Counted from the stretch's first letter, positions 9,927 through 19,379 are shown. The stretch: 64,000 nt of DNA from Vicinamibacteria bacterium (GCA_963555995.3 OY821641.1:3616001-3680000), one strand, 5' to 3'. Numbers and translations are program-made. The notes: a model not told the origin generated them from the sequence alone.

Positions 9927-10205
9927 TCAGGCGGGCGGCGCGCGGGGGACCGCCGGAGTCGGAGCCGGCTCCGAGGTGGCGAAAGGCACCACCGGGGCGC
10001 GGGGCTTCGACTCGTGCCGTGGGAAGGGCAACTCCGGCCGACCCTCGAGCGCGGGAACTCCGGTTTCCGCGACCTTGCAGACCCCGCAGGGGTTGTCCGT
10101 CTGGTCCGGATGCTCGTGCGCCGGGACGGCCAGCGGGGTGGCCAGCACCAGGGCGGCCACGGCCGCACCCGCCAGAAATCGAGACCGGAGGCTGACGTGT
10201 TTCAC
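9927..10205 (-). CDS. DUF2946/CruR-like leader protein (signal, HEH, CxxC, C-terminal RAPP)
   Basis: MKHVSLRSRFLAGAAVAALVLATPLAVPAHEHPDQTDNPCGVCKV...PAVPRAPPA*, ending 92 nt upstream of a TonB receptor. Confidence 0.8.
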   Translation of the reverse strand: MKHVSLRSRFLAGAAVAALVLATPLAVPAHEHPDQTDNPCGVCKVAETGVPALEGRPELPFPRHESKPRAPVVPFATSEPAPTPAVPRAPPA

Positions 10206-10325
10206 CGCTGTGGAACCTGCAACCGGCCATGCTACCACCGGGAGTCGAAGCCCCGGAATCCGGGAACGCCGGGTCCAGACCGGCACCGCGGGCCGCAGGC
10301 CCGCGAAACGCCTGCTTGGCTCGCC

Positions 10326-12617
10326 CTAGAAGAACCGAACGGAGTAGCTCACCCGCACCCCCCGCCCCATCTGCGCCGCCACGTCCTTGATCACCGACGT
10401 GTGATGCCGGTACACCGCGTCCGTCAGGTTGTGTCCCACCAGCGACAGGTGGTGGGTCGCGTTCCCGGTAAGGAGCAGCCAGGACACCGTCAGGTCGAGC
10501 ACCGCGTAGCCGTCGGTCGGCGTCTCCCCGGCGTGGAAGCGGTCCATCCGCGCGGCCCAGCGCAGCCGCGGCGCGACCCGCAGCCCCCGGAACGGGACAT
10601 CCAGTTTCACCTGCCCGTTCAGCGGTGGGATCCGGGGCGCGTGCTGGCCGAGTGCAGGGAACTCCGCGTCCACCCACGAAGCGCTCGCGGTCAGGTCGGC
10701 GCTCCCGACCCGGACGCGGCCGTCCGCCTCGAACCCGAGGTGGCGGGAGTCGGCCTGTTCGGTCGAGATCACCGTGACCCCGCCCCGGCCTCCGGCGGTG
10801 GCCCCGTAGGTGAAGTTGTCAATGCCGTACCAGAAGACGGAGGCGCTGCCGGCGAAGACGTCGGCATCGCGCCGGAGGCTCAGGTCGAAGCCGCGCGACC
10901 GCTCGCGTTCGAGGAGGGGGTTGCCGATCTCGAACGCCTGGATGCCGGCGTCGAGGCCGAAGTTGTAGAGCTCTTCGAGCGCCGGGGCGCGGGTCGAGAG
11001 CGTCGCGGTCCCGACGAGGGCGTGTTCCTCGTCCAGGTCCAGCCGCAGCCCCGCGTTCGCCGAGGCTCCGAGGAACTCCCGGTCCACCACCGCGGGCGGT
11101 TCGAACTCCTCGCCCTCCACTTCCAGTTCTTCCTCCTCATCGTCGTCGTCATCGCCCTCCCCGGGTGCCGGGCGATCGTCCGCGTCATACGCGTTGTTCT
11201 CCAGCCGGGCGCCGAGCAGCACGCTGAGCCGGTCCGTGGCCTGGACCTCCCCCAGCGCGAAGGCGGCGAGCGCGGTGTGGCGGGTGTCGGGAGCCAGCGC
11301 TTCCGGGCCCGCGGAGGTGAACTCCCGGAGGTTCGCCCACGCTCCCACCCGGCTCTGGAAGCGCCCCCGCGATCCCTCCAACTCGCCGCGGAAGACGAGC
11401 GATTGGTTCTCGTGGTGGGTTTCGAGTTCGGGGGGCCCGTCGCCCTCCATCTCGATCTCGTCCTGGACGAACTCGCTGTAACGAACTGTAAAGGCCGCCG
11501 CCTCGAAGAAGTCCCCGAGGTCTTTGAGTCCGAAATCCGCGCGCAGTTGCCGCCGCTCCATGGTCACGTCCACGGTCTCCTCCTCCCCCTCGTCGGCGCC
11601 GTGGAGCATTCCCGCGAGCGGGACCCCGTAGCGGCTGTCGTCGAGGCGGACGCCCGCCGAGAGCCAGGCGCGGTCGCCGCGGAGTCCGAGACCGGCTTCG
11701 CCCTGGTCCAGCGCGGTGTCGGAGCCGTCCACGTCGCCGAGCGGCGACCGGTAGTCGCCGGTCCGCCGGGTGTTGCCGCCGCCCCAGGCGAACCACCCGT
11801 CCCCGCCGGCATGCACCCGCGCGCCGGCGTAGCGGCCGTCGTCGGCGCTCCCGGCGCCGAGGCTGGCGCGGCCCTCGAACCCGGAGGTCGCACCGTGCGC
11901 CAACTGCGAGCCGGCGGAGACCACGTTCACCACGCCCCCGACCGCGTTTGTGCCGTAGAGCAGCGCCGCCGGTCCGCGCACGACCTCGATCCGCTCCGCC
12001 TGGGTGGGGTCCGCGATCGTTCCCTGCTCGGCCGCCTGGCTGCCGATGTCGCCGGTGCGCACCCCGTCTTCGGTGATCAGCACCCGGTCGCCGTCGAACC
12101 CGCGGATGATGGGACGCGCGGCGCCGGGACCGAGACTGCGGATCGCCACGCCGGGGGCGCCTTCGAGCAGCTCCGCGAGGCTGGGCACGCCCTCGATCAG
12201 GTCGAGGCCCTCGACGGAGGACGCCGACCCGAACTCCGCGAGTCCCGACGACGCGCCGGAGGCCGCGGTCACCGTGACGTGCTCGTGGGTGGTTCCGCGG
12301 AACGTGATCCGGACCGCGTCCGGGAGGACGATCTCGGGGCCGGGATCGGTGTCCAGCGTCAGGCCGGCTTCGCCCCACAGGAACCCGAGCTGGGCGTGGA
12401 TCGTGATCCGCGAACCCACGCGCACGCCTTCGAACGTGAAACGGCCCTCCGCGCCGGCGCGCGTCGTCGCGCCCGTTTCGCGGAGGGTCACCTCGGCGCC
12501 GCGCGCCGGAGCCCCGGTGGCGGCCACCAGGACCAGGCCGGCGATCCTCGACTGCGCGGCCCCGGTGGTCGCGATCAGCGCGCCCGCGAGCGCGAGACCG
12601 GCGGTGCGGGCTGTCAA
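10326..12617 (-). CDS. TonB-dependent receptor, ZnuD-like paralog with acidic loop
   Basis: Same plug motifs as 7525..9834 (GPGAARPIIRGFDGDRV, RGPAALLYG, RAPALEELYNFG); D/E tract; terminal FF. Confidence 0.9.
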   Translation of the reverse strand: MTARTAGLALAGALIATTGAAQSRIAGLVLVAATGAPARGAEVTLRETGATTRAGAEGRFTFEGVRVGSRITIHAQLGFLWGEAGLTLDTDPGPEIVLPDAVRITFRGTTHEHVTVTAASGASSGLAEFGSASSVEGLDLIEGVPSLAELLEGAPGVAIRSLGPGAARPIIRGFDGDRVLITEDGVRTGDIGSQAAEQGTIADPTQAERIEVVRGPAALLYGTNAVGGVVNVVSAGSQLAHGATSGFEGRASLGAGSADDGRYAGARVHAGGDGWFAWGGGNTRRTGDYRSPLGDVDGSDTALDQGEAGLGLRGDRAWLSAGVRLDDSRYGVPLAGMLHGADEGEEETVDVTMERRQLRADFGLKDLGDFFEAAAFTVRYSEFVQDEIEMEGDGPPELETHHENQSLVFRGELEGSRGRFQSRVGAWANLREFTSAGPEALAPDTRHTALAAFALGEVQATDRLSVLLGARLENNAYDADDRPAPGEGDDDDDEEEELEVEGEEFEPPAVVDREFLGASANAGLRLDLDEEHALVGTATLSTRAPALEELYNFGLDAGIQAFEIGNPLLERERSRGFDLSLRRDADVFAGSASVFWYGIDNFTYGATAGGRGGVTVISTEQADSRHLGFEADGRVRVGSADLTASASWVDAEFPALGQHAPRIPPLNGQVKLDVPFRGLRVAPRLRWAARMDRFHAGETPTDGYAVLDLTVSWLLLTGNATHHLSLVGHNLTDAVYRHHTSVIKDVAAQMGRGVRVSYSVRFF

Positions 12618-13219
12618 CGTGGAATCAGCTCGATCACGATGTTCCGGAGGGGCGCGTCCCCGATGTTCCTGACGACGTGCACCACCGGCGGGTTGAACTT
12701 AATGGTGCCGGGGATCTGGGTCTTGAACACCTCGTCGGCGCCGTCCGGCCACTGCTGCAGCTCGGTGGCGCCCATCACGAGCACCACCCGCTGCGCGTGC
12801 GAGTGCCGCTCCCGGGTGTCCCCGGGTTCAAGACGCTCCTCGAACACGAAGTAGCCCTCGGCGTCGTGGAGCCGTTCGTTCTTGCCGGCGGGAATGGCGA
12901 CCGCCGGCCCTTCCACCGAAGGGGGATCCGGCTTCAGGTTCACCTCCGCGAAGTCGCCCTCGATCTCGTAGGAGGTCCCCGCCTCCGCCACGAACACCTC
13001 GGCGTAGCCGAGTTCGACGGTCGAACCGCCTGCGGCGACCTTCACGTCACCGAACGCGACCACCACCCGGTCCCCGCAACCGGGACCCGCCTCGGCGCAC
13101 GGCGCGGCGTTCCGGTGCACGGCGGCGTAGTCGTTGTCGAGCACGAGGGTCCCGTCCTCGCCCGCTGCGGGTGCAGCCAGCAGAACGGTCAGCGAAAGAA
13201 GTCCCAGACGGCGCATCAC
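12614..13219 (-). CDS. Secreted cupin-domain protein
   Basis: Signal peptide; LEPGDTRERHSHAQRVV and PVVHVVRNIGDAPLRNIVIEL cupin motifs; overlaps the start of the downstream receptor. Confidence 0.75.
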   Translation of the reverse strand: MMRRLGLLSLTVLLAAPAAGEDGTLVLDNDYAAVHRNAAPCAEAGPGCGDRVVVAFGDVKVAAGGSTVELGYAEVFVAEAGTSYEIEGDFAEVNLKPDPPSVEGPAVAIPAGKNERLHDAEGYFVFEERLEPGDTRERHSHAQRVVLVMGATELQQWPDGADEVFKTQIPGTIKFNPPVVHVVRNIGDAPLRNIVIELIPR

Positions 13220-13243
13220 CGCAATCTAACAGGGTTCACCGCC

Positions 13244-13407
13244 GGGAGCGCCGGTCTTCAGACCGGCACAGCGGGCCGCAGGCCCGCGGATGTCGCGTCG
13301 CCTTGCGCGGTGATGAACCGAGAGCAGACCGTCACCGTGCAGGTCAGGCGTCGTGCCGTGCGCCGCGCTGTCGCGCAGCGCGTGCCGGTCTGAAGACCGG
13401 CGCTCCC
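13244..13407. repeat. REPIN/MITE-like element, copy 3 (opposite orientation)
   Basis: Reverse complement aligns with 7037-7199; same terminal inverted repeats. Confidence 0.85.
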
Positions 13408-13471
13408 AGCCGTCGCAACCCCCGCTACCATTCGAGCCGGAATTTGTCGCAGACGGTCTGGAGAAGAGGCG

Positions 13472-15679
13472 TTGACAGGGCGAAGTGAAACCCCCCGGCC
13501 GCTGGTCATCCTGTTGGCTGCGGGAGCGCTGTGCGCGGGTCCGTCCTCCGCCGTCGCCCAGGAAGCCCCGGCCCCCGACCGGTCCGACTGGGGCGCCCCC
13601 GGCCTCCACCGCGTCGCCCTCTATCCGACCCCGGACCTCGCCCCCGCCGGCGGCACCGCCTTCCTGCGCTGGGACCCGAGCCCCTTCGGGGTCTCGGTGA
13701 CCCGCGACGGCAGCCAGCGCTACCGGCTCGACCTCGAGATCGAGGGACTCCCCGACCCCGGTTCGCTCGGCGACTACCGCACCTACGTCGCCTGGGCGAC
13801 GACGCCCATCATGGACCCGGTGGTGCGGCTGGGAGAGGTCGGCAACGGGACCTTCGCGGACCTCGGCCCCGTCGCCTTCGACAAGTTCGTGATCCTGGTG
13901 AGCGCCGAGCCCTCGGCGGCAGTCGAGACCCGCACCGGCCGGCTCGCCCTGCGCGGGGCCTCGCCGTCCACCCGGATCCTCCCCGACAACCACCTCATGG
14001 TCCCGGTGACCGGCACCGGCGAGAGCGCCGCGCTGCCCATGGACCACGGCGTGATGGACCACGCGGCCATGGGGCACGGACCGGCGTCCGACGAGCCGGC
14101 GTGGTCGCATCCGCCGATGCTTCCGGAGACTCCCATGGTCCCCGGGCTCGGGCATCTGCGGCCGGAGCCGCTTCCGTTCCTGCCGCGGGCGACCGCGGAC
14201 GGAACGCTCCCGGACGCCGTTCCCTCGCAGGTGGTGCGGCTCCGCGACGGGCAGACGCTCGACCTGATCGCGGGACGGGTCCGCCGGACCATCCACGGCC
14301 GCGACTACGTGATGTACGGGTTCAACGGGCAGTACCCGGGCCCCCTCATCCACGTGGACCAGGACTCCACCATCTTCGTCAACTTCGAGAACCAGACGTC
14401 CTGGCCCACCGCGATCCACTGGCACGGAATACGCCTCGACAACGCCTTCGACGGGGTGCCTCACCTCACCCAGGACCCGGTGCCCCCCGGCGGGCGTTTC
14501 GAGTACCGGATCTTCTTCCCCGACGCCGGCCTCTACTGGTACCACCCCCACCACCGCGAGGAGGTCCAGCAGGACCTCGGGCTCTACGGGAACATGCTGG
14601 TGGAGGCGCCGCCCGACGCCTGGTACGCGCCGGTCCACCGCGAGGAGATCCTCATGCTCGACGACCTCCTGATCGCCGACGACGGGGGGCTCTTCCCCTT
14701 CGGGACCGAGCGGGCCACCCATTCGCTCATGGGGCGCTTCGGCAACCTGATGCTCGTGAACGGGGAACCGGAGTACGACCTGACCGTCGACCGGGGGGAG
14801 GTCGTCCGCTTCTTCCTCACGAACGTCTCGAACACCCGCACCTTCAACCTCTCGTTCGGCGAGCCCGGCGCGCACCGCGTCAAGGTCGTCGGGTCGGACC
14901 TCTCGAAGTTCGAGCGCGAGACCTGGGTGGATTCGGTGGCGCTCGCGCCCGCCGAGCGTTACATCGTGGAGGTCCGCTACGAGACGGCGGGAGAGCACGC
15001 CCTCGAGAACCGGGTGCGCCCGCTGGAGCACACCTTCGGCGGCTACTTCTCGCGGATCACCCGGCTCGGGACGGTGACGGTGGGGGACCGGGACGCCGAC
15101 CCCGCGGGAGCGCCGGGCTACGACGAACTGCGGGAGCACGCTCCGGTGGTGGAGGACGTGGCGCGCTTCCGGAGCCACTTCGACCGGGAGCCGGACTACG
15201 AACTCCTGCTCACGATGGATGTGACCGGCCTCGACCCCGCCATCATGCAGCGCATGCGCGCCGACCGGGTTTTCTTCCCGGCCGTCGAGTGGGCGGACAC
15301 CATGCCGATGATGAACTCGGTGGCTACCCCGGAGGAGGTCCGCTGGATCGTGCGCGAGCCTGCGACGGGCCGCGAGGACATGGACATCGCCTGGCGCTTC
15401 CGGGTCGGGGACGTGGTCACGATCCGGATCACGAACGACGCCGCCGCCCTCCACGCGATGCAGCACCCCTTCCACATCCACGGCCAGCGGTTCCTGGTGC
15501 TGCGCCGGAACGGCGCGCCGGTGACGAACCAGGTGTTCAAGGACACCGTGCTCATCGCGGCGGGGGAGACCGTGGACCTCCTGCTCGAGATCACGAACCC
15601 CGGGAAGTGGATGGCCCACTGCCACATCGCCGAGCACCTCGAAACCGGCATGCGCTTCGTCTTCGAGGTGGACCCGTAG
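13472..15679 (+). CDS. Multicopper oxidase with N-terminal extension
   Basis: All four Cu motifs: IHWHG, WYHPH, HPFHIHG, HCHIAEHLETGM; Met/His-rich linker. Confidence 0.93.
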   Translation: MTGRSETPRPLVILLAAGALCAGPSSAVAQEAPAPDRSDWGAPGLHRVALYPTPDLAPAGGTAFLRWDPSPFGVSVTRDGSQRYRLDLEIEGLPDPGSLGDYRTYVAWATTPIMDPVVRLGEVGNGTFADLGPVAFDKFVILVSAEPSAAVETRTGRLALRGASPSTRILPDNHLMVPVTGTGESAALPMDHGVMDHAAMGHGPASDEPAWSHPPMLPETPMVPGLGHLRPEPLPFLPRATADGTLPDAVPSQVVRLRDGQTLDLIAGRVRRTIHGRDYVMYGFNGQYPGPLIHVDQDSTIFVNFENQTSWPTAIHWHGIRLDNAFDGVPHLTQDPVPPGGRFEYRIFFPDAGLYWYHPHHREEVQQDLGLYGNMLVEAPPDAWYAPVHREEILMLDDLLIADDGGLFPFGTERATHSLMGRFGNLMLVNGEPEYDLTVDRGEVVRFFLTNVSNTRTFNLSFGEPGAHRVKVVGSDLSKFERETWVDSVALAPAERYIVEVRYETAGEHALENRVRPLEHTFGGYFSRITRLGTVTVGDRDADPAGAPGYDELREHAPVVEDVARFRSHFDREPDYELLLTMDVTGLDPAIMQRMRADRVFFPAVEWADTMPMMNSVATPEEVRWIVREPATGREDMDIAWRFRVGDVVTIRITNDAAALHAMQHPFHIHGQRFLVLRRNGAPVTNQVFKDTVLIAAGETVDLLLEITNPGKWMAHCHIAEHLETGMRFVFEVDP

Positions 15680-15747
15680 ATTCGACGGCAAGAAGCGGAT
15701 GGACGCGCGGGGGCCGCTGCGCTGGAATGACGTCGGGAGTTGAACCG

Positions 15748-16683
15748 ATGTTGATGCCATCAGAACCCGACAAGCACCGCCGTCCCGGGGATCCCGAATC
15801 CCGGCTGACGCGCCTGGTCGAAGCCGCCAGGTACATCGAAGCCCACGCCGAGGAGCGCCTGCCGCTCCGCGAGCTTGCGGGGCAGGTGGGCCTCTCGCCG
15901 TCGCGCTTCCAGCGCATCTTCAAGGCCGCGTTCGGCGTCTCGCCCAAGGCCTGGCAGCACGCGGTCCGGATGAAGCGCCTCAAGACGGCGCTCCAGGAGG
16001 GCGACGACGTCACCGGCGCGATCTACTCGGCGGGCTTCGGGTCCCTGAGCCGGGTCTACGGGGAGCGCGTCCGTCACATCGGGATGACGCCGGGCGCCTA
16101 CCGCGCCGGCGGCGCCGGAGAGACGATCGCCTACGCCTCCCGGGAAACGGCGCTCGGCGCCTTGCTGATGGCGGCCACCGAACGCGGCGTCGCCTTCGTG
16201 CAGTTCGGGGAGGACCCGGAGGCCCTGCTCGAGCAGCTCCGCCGGGAGTTCCCGAACGCGGACCTCGTCGCCTCGGACGCACAGGAGGCCCCGGAACTGG
16301 ACGCGTGGATCACGGCGCTGGAGACACACCTCGCCGGAGGCGCCCCGCGCCCCGAACTGCCACTCGATCTGCGCGGCACCGCCTTCCAGATGAAGGTCTG
16401 GCGCTTTCTCCTGAGCGTCCGCGAGGGCGACGTGATCAGCTACGGCGAGCTGGCGGCCGGAATCGAACGACCCCAGGCGGCCCGCGCCGTCGCCGCTGCC
16501 TGCGCCGCGAACCGCATCGCGGTCCTGGTGCCCTGCCACCGCGTCCTGCGGGGGGACGGCAATCTCGGCGGCTACCGCTGGGGCCTCGATCGCAAACGAG
16601 CACTCCTTGACGGCGAGCGGTCCCGTCGGGAGCGCCGGTCTTCAGACCGGCACGCGCGGTGCTCCGCGCCGCGCACGGCGTGA
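15748..16683 (+). CDS. ada: Ada-like AraC HTH plus O6-methylguanine-DNA methyltransferase
   Basis: LSPSRFQRIFKAAFGVSPK; LDLRGTAFQMKVW; active site VPCHRV; GGYRWG; no N-terminal Zn-binding domain. Confidence 0.85.
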   Translation: MLMPSEPDKHRRPGDPESRLTRLVEAARYIEAHAEERLPLRELAGQVGLSPSRFQRIFKAAFGVSPKAWQHAVRMKRLKTALQEGDDVTGAIYSAGFGSLSRVYGERVRHIGMTPGAYRAGGAGETIAYASRETALGALLMAATERGVAFVQFGEDPEALLEQLRREFPNADLVASDAQEAPELDAWITALETHLAGGAPRPELPLDLRGTAFQMKVWRFLLSVREGDVISYGELAAGIERPQAARAVAAACAANRIAVLVPCHRVLRGDGNLGGYRWGLDRKRALLDGERSRRERRSSDRHARCSAPRTA

Positions 16684-16812
16684 CCCCGCCCACCCTCACG
16701 GCGCGTCCGGCCGGGACCGCCGACCTTCAGGTCGGCACCGTCCGCCAGAGGCGGGCGAAGCGCGCGACGATTCTCCGCCACACGCGCGGTCGGCACCCTT
16801 CTTGCCAGGCGC

Positions 16813-17247
16813 CTATTCGGCAACCCTGAACACCAGGGATGACGTTGGTGCCCCTGTCGTGCCCCCGCGGGTCACATGGAGATCGCCCTTGGTGATGATG
16901 TCCATCCCGATCAGGAAATCGACATCGGGCCCGAGTTCTGCTTCCAGGACGGGGATCCGCCACATTGCCGCGCCAAGAGCGCCGTTCGGAATCCGCAGCC
17001 AAACCCAGTACACGGCTGCGTCCCTCTCGTCTCGAATGGAGCGCAGGGGCGAGAAGCCGATGGGAAGCAGTTCAAGTCTCGCGACCATGCGGCTGCTGAT
17101 GAGTGAATGGGTTGCCCCCGTGTCCCAGATGGCCGTCGCCTGAGTCAGTGCCCCGGGAGGAGCTGATGCCGCCCTGCCGTCGCCGATCCCCACCCTCGTG
17201 CGGAGAGCGAGACCTTGATGCGATGACCGGTGCTCGAAACCGGCCAC
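16813..17247 (-). CDS. Retropepsin-like (clan AA) aspartic protease
   Basis: AIWDTGATHSLIS and DFLIGMDII motifs. Confidence 0.82.
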   Translation of the reverse strand: MAGFEHRSSHQGLALRTRVGIGDGRAASAPPGALTQATAIWDTGATHSLISSRMVARLELLPIGFSPLRSIRDERDAAVYWVWLRIPNGALGAAMWRIPVLEAELGPDVDFLIGMDIITKGDLHVTRGGTTGAPTSSLVFRVAE

Positions 17248-17258
17248 TTAGCAGCCTT

Positions 17259-17555
17259 TCAACCCACTCTGGAGTGGAAGATCGCGGGCTGCTGTTCGCT
17301 GCGGAAGACGCACTCCGCGACCAGGAAGTACCCCGGCTGGAGGCTCCGGCGATACGCCTCGTCCACGGCAGCCTCCATGCTCTCGAAGAAGAGCGCTCCC
17401 GACCGGAGCTGCTCGACCGGATCGGCGCCGGGCACAGTTGCGTCGCGATAGATCAGCGCATACTGGCTGTGGTGACGCTCGGCGAAATCAAACCGCAGGT
17501 GCCTCTCGAAAAGGTCATGCAACTCCCGAACCGGGATCGGCTGGGTCGCGGCCAT
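17259..17555 (-). CDS. Small protein, DUF5678-like partner of the retropepsin
   Basis: AGGAGG SD then MAATQPI..; YALIY...FFESMEAAVDEAY..PGYFLV...FHSRV. Confidence 0.65.
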   Translation of the reverse strand: MAATQPIPVRELHDLFERHLRFDFAERHHSQYALIYRDATVPGADPVEQLRSGALFFESMEAAVDEAYRRSLQPGYFLVAECVFRSEQQPAIFHSRVG

Positions 17556-17683
17556 CGGCATGCCTCCTGACGCAGGATACATTTTGCACCAGCGGCGCCG
17601 GTCCCGACCACTCTCTCGGCGGGGTCCGGAGGGGAAGCTCCCCGAATCGTGGTTCGGGTCGGCTGGGGAGCGGAGAGCCGCGC

Positions 17684-18022
17684 CTGCCGGCCTGAAGCCG
17701 GCGTTCCCAGCCGTACGCGCCACCTGCGCTCTTGCGCGCCGCGCCGAGGGGGGAGCCAACTTTCCGGGTGGGGTTACGACGTGCGCGGTGCGGAGCACCG
17801 CTGTGCCGGTCTGGAGACCGGCGTTCCCAGCCGTACGCGCCACCTGCGCTCTCGAGTTCCACGCCGAGGCCGGAGGCCAATTTTCCCGGGTGGGGTTACG
17901 ACGTGCGCGGTGCTCCGCTCCTGATCTCCGCGCCGGGGTGGGAGTCGGTTTTTGGGGGTGGGGTTGTGCCGTGCGCGGTGCGGAGCACCGCTGTGCCGGT
18001 CTGGAGACCGGCGTTCCAAGCC
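17684..18022. repeat. REP cluster (three hairpins, tandem units of about 120 bp)
   Basis: Repeated GGCGTTCCCAGCCGTACGCGCCACCTGCGCTC and GTGCGCGGTGCGGAGCACCGCTGTGCCGGTCTGGAGACCGGC. Confidence 0.8.
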
Positions 18023-18032
18023 GGTCCGGTCG

Positions 18033-19379
18033 TCAGAACTCGAGGGCGGAGATTGCCACGAGGGCGGTGCGGACCTTGCCATCCCGCCAGGCGACCATGA
18101 GGCGTTCCTGGACATCGAAGACCTCCTCGATGTCCTCGCCTTCCGCCGCCTCTTCCTCGGCGTCTTCCTCGTCCTCGGCCTCTTCGTCTTCCTCCGGCTC
18201 CGGCGGCGGCTCGTTGGCGACCCGGGCGAGCTGCAGGACCCCGGCTTCCCGGCCCGCCGGAGCGTCCGCCACCTTGACGGACGGCCCGACCAGCCCGTCC
18301 GGCCAGACCCGCCGCACCCGCACCTCGCCCCGCCGCGAGCCCGGCGTTTCGAGCCAGGCGGCCACCGCGCTCCCGTCGTCGAGCATCGCCACCGCGGCGT
18401 ATCCGCGCCCGCCGCCTTCGTCCAGCCGGATCGGGGTTCCGAAGCCCTCCCCGCCGTTCTGCGAGAAGGCGAAGCGGACCTCGGGCTCCCCGCTGGCCAT
18501 GGTGAACCAGGCGACCGCCACGGCGCTGCCGGTCGCCGTGATCGCGGGACCGTTCACCGGGCAGGCGTTGATGCCCCAGCCGTCCGCGTGGACCGGCTTC
18601 CCCGGCTCCCAGAGGCCCCGCACCTTGCGGGTGATGGCGATGTCCCGAACGTCGTCCTCCGGGGCGTTCCGCACCCGGTCCCGGTAAACGACGGCCGGAG
18701 CGCCGTCAATGGTCGCCATCGCGGTGGGACAGCAACTGCACACGTCGGGGTCCAGCCGCTGGTTGCCGAGCTGGTAGCCCTGCTCGTGGAAGCGGGCGAG
18801 CCGCAGGGTCATGTCCGCGGGGTCCGTCGCCCCCGGCGGCGGGGTGAGGTAGGCCGCCGAGAAGCCGCCCTGCTCCGGCGTGAAGGAGACGAACCCCGAG
18901 TAGCTCTCGACGTTCCGGAGCCCCTCCGAGAACACCTCGCGCCAAGTGGCGCCCCGGTCCATGGAATAGACGATCTTCAGACCGTAGCCGTAGTGCCCCT
19001 CGGCCTCCGGGTTCCGGACGAGATAGTGGGCGGCGAGGCGGTTCTCCCCGACGAGCGCGATGCTCGGGTGGTCCGCCCAGTTGACGAACCAGCCGGAGCC
19101 CTCGGCGACCGGCTTCGGGTCGCCCCAAGCGTCCTCCGTCACCTCCTCGCTGCTCCCCGGACGCTGGAGTTCCGAGAACCGCAGGGCATGTCCCGCTCCG
19201 GCTTCCTCGATCCAACTCAGGAAGGTGGCGCCCTCGGGAGCGGAGTAGAGCGAGTACATCCCGCTCCCGTCCGGGGCGGGCGTCTCGAGCGGCGAGACAC
19301 CCTCCTGGGCGCTTGCCCCCGCGGCGAGCAGCAGGACGCCGACGAAGCCGGCGAGACGCGAACGGGTCAGGGCGCGCAT
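18033..19379 (-). CDS. Secreted BNR/sialidase-fold protein with CxCC motif
   Basis: WFVNWADHPS, Asp-box SMDRGATW, DVCSCCPT, GWGINACPVNGP, SQNGGEGF; acidic insert. Confidence 0.8.
   Translation of the reverse strand: MRALTRSRLAGFVGVLLLAAGASAQEGVSPLETPAPDGSGMYSLYSAPEGATFLSWIEEAGAGHALRFSELQRPGSSEEVTEDAWGDPKPVAEGSGWFVNWADHPSIALVGENRLAAHYLVRNPEAEGHYGYGLKIVYSMDRGATWREVFSEGLRNVESYSGFVSFTPEQGGFSAAYLTPPPGATDPADMTLRLARFHEQGYQLGNQRLDPDVCSCCPTAMATIDGAPAVVYRDRVRNAPEDDVRDIAITRKVRGLWEPGKPVHADGWGINACPVNGPAITATGSAVAVAWFTMASGEPEVRFAFSQNGGEGFGTPIRLDEGGGRGYAAVAMLDDGSAVAAWLETPGSRRGEVRVRRVWPDGLVGPSVKVADAPAGREAGVLQLARVANEPPPEPEEDEEAEDEEDAEEEAAEGEDIEEVFDVQERLMVAWRDGKVRTALVAISALEF

Noticed and set aside
10206-10325. 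Zur/Fur box upstream of the leader peptide
   Set aside because: No AT-rich palindrome resembling known boxes
9835-10677. 280-aa N-terminal extension of the TonB receptor
   Set aside because: A strong SD precedes GTG 9834, and the extension overlaps the leader ORF and the upstream receptor
13531-15747. Long N-terminal extension of the Ada ORF
   Set aside because: Out-of-frame overlap with the multicopper oxidase and Arg/Pro-rich; the real start is near 15748
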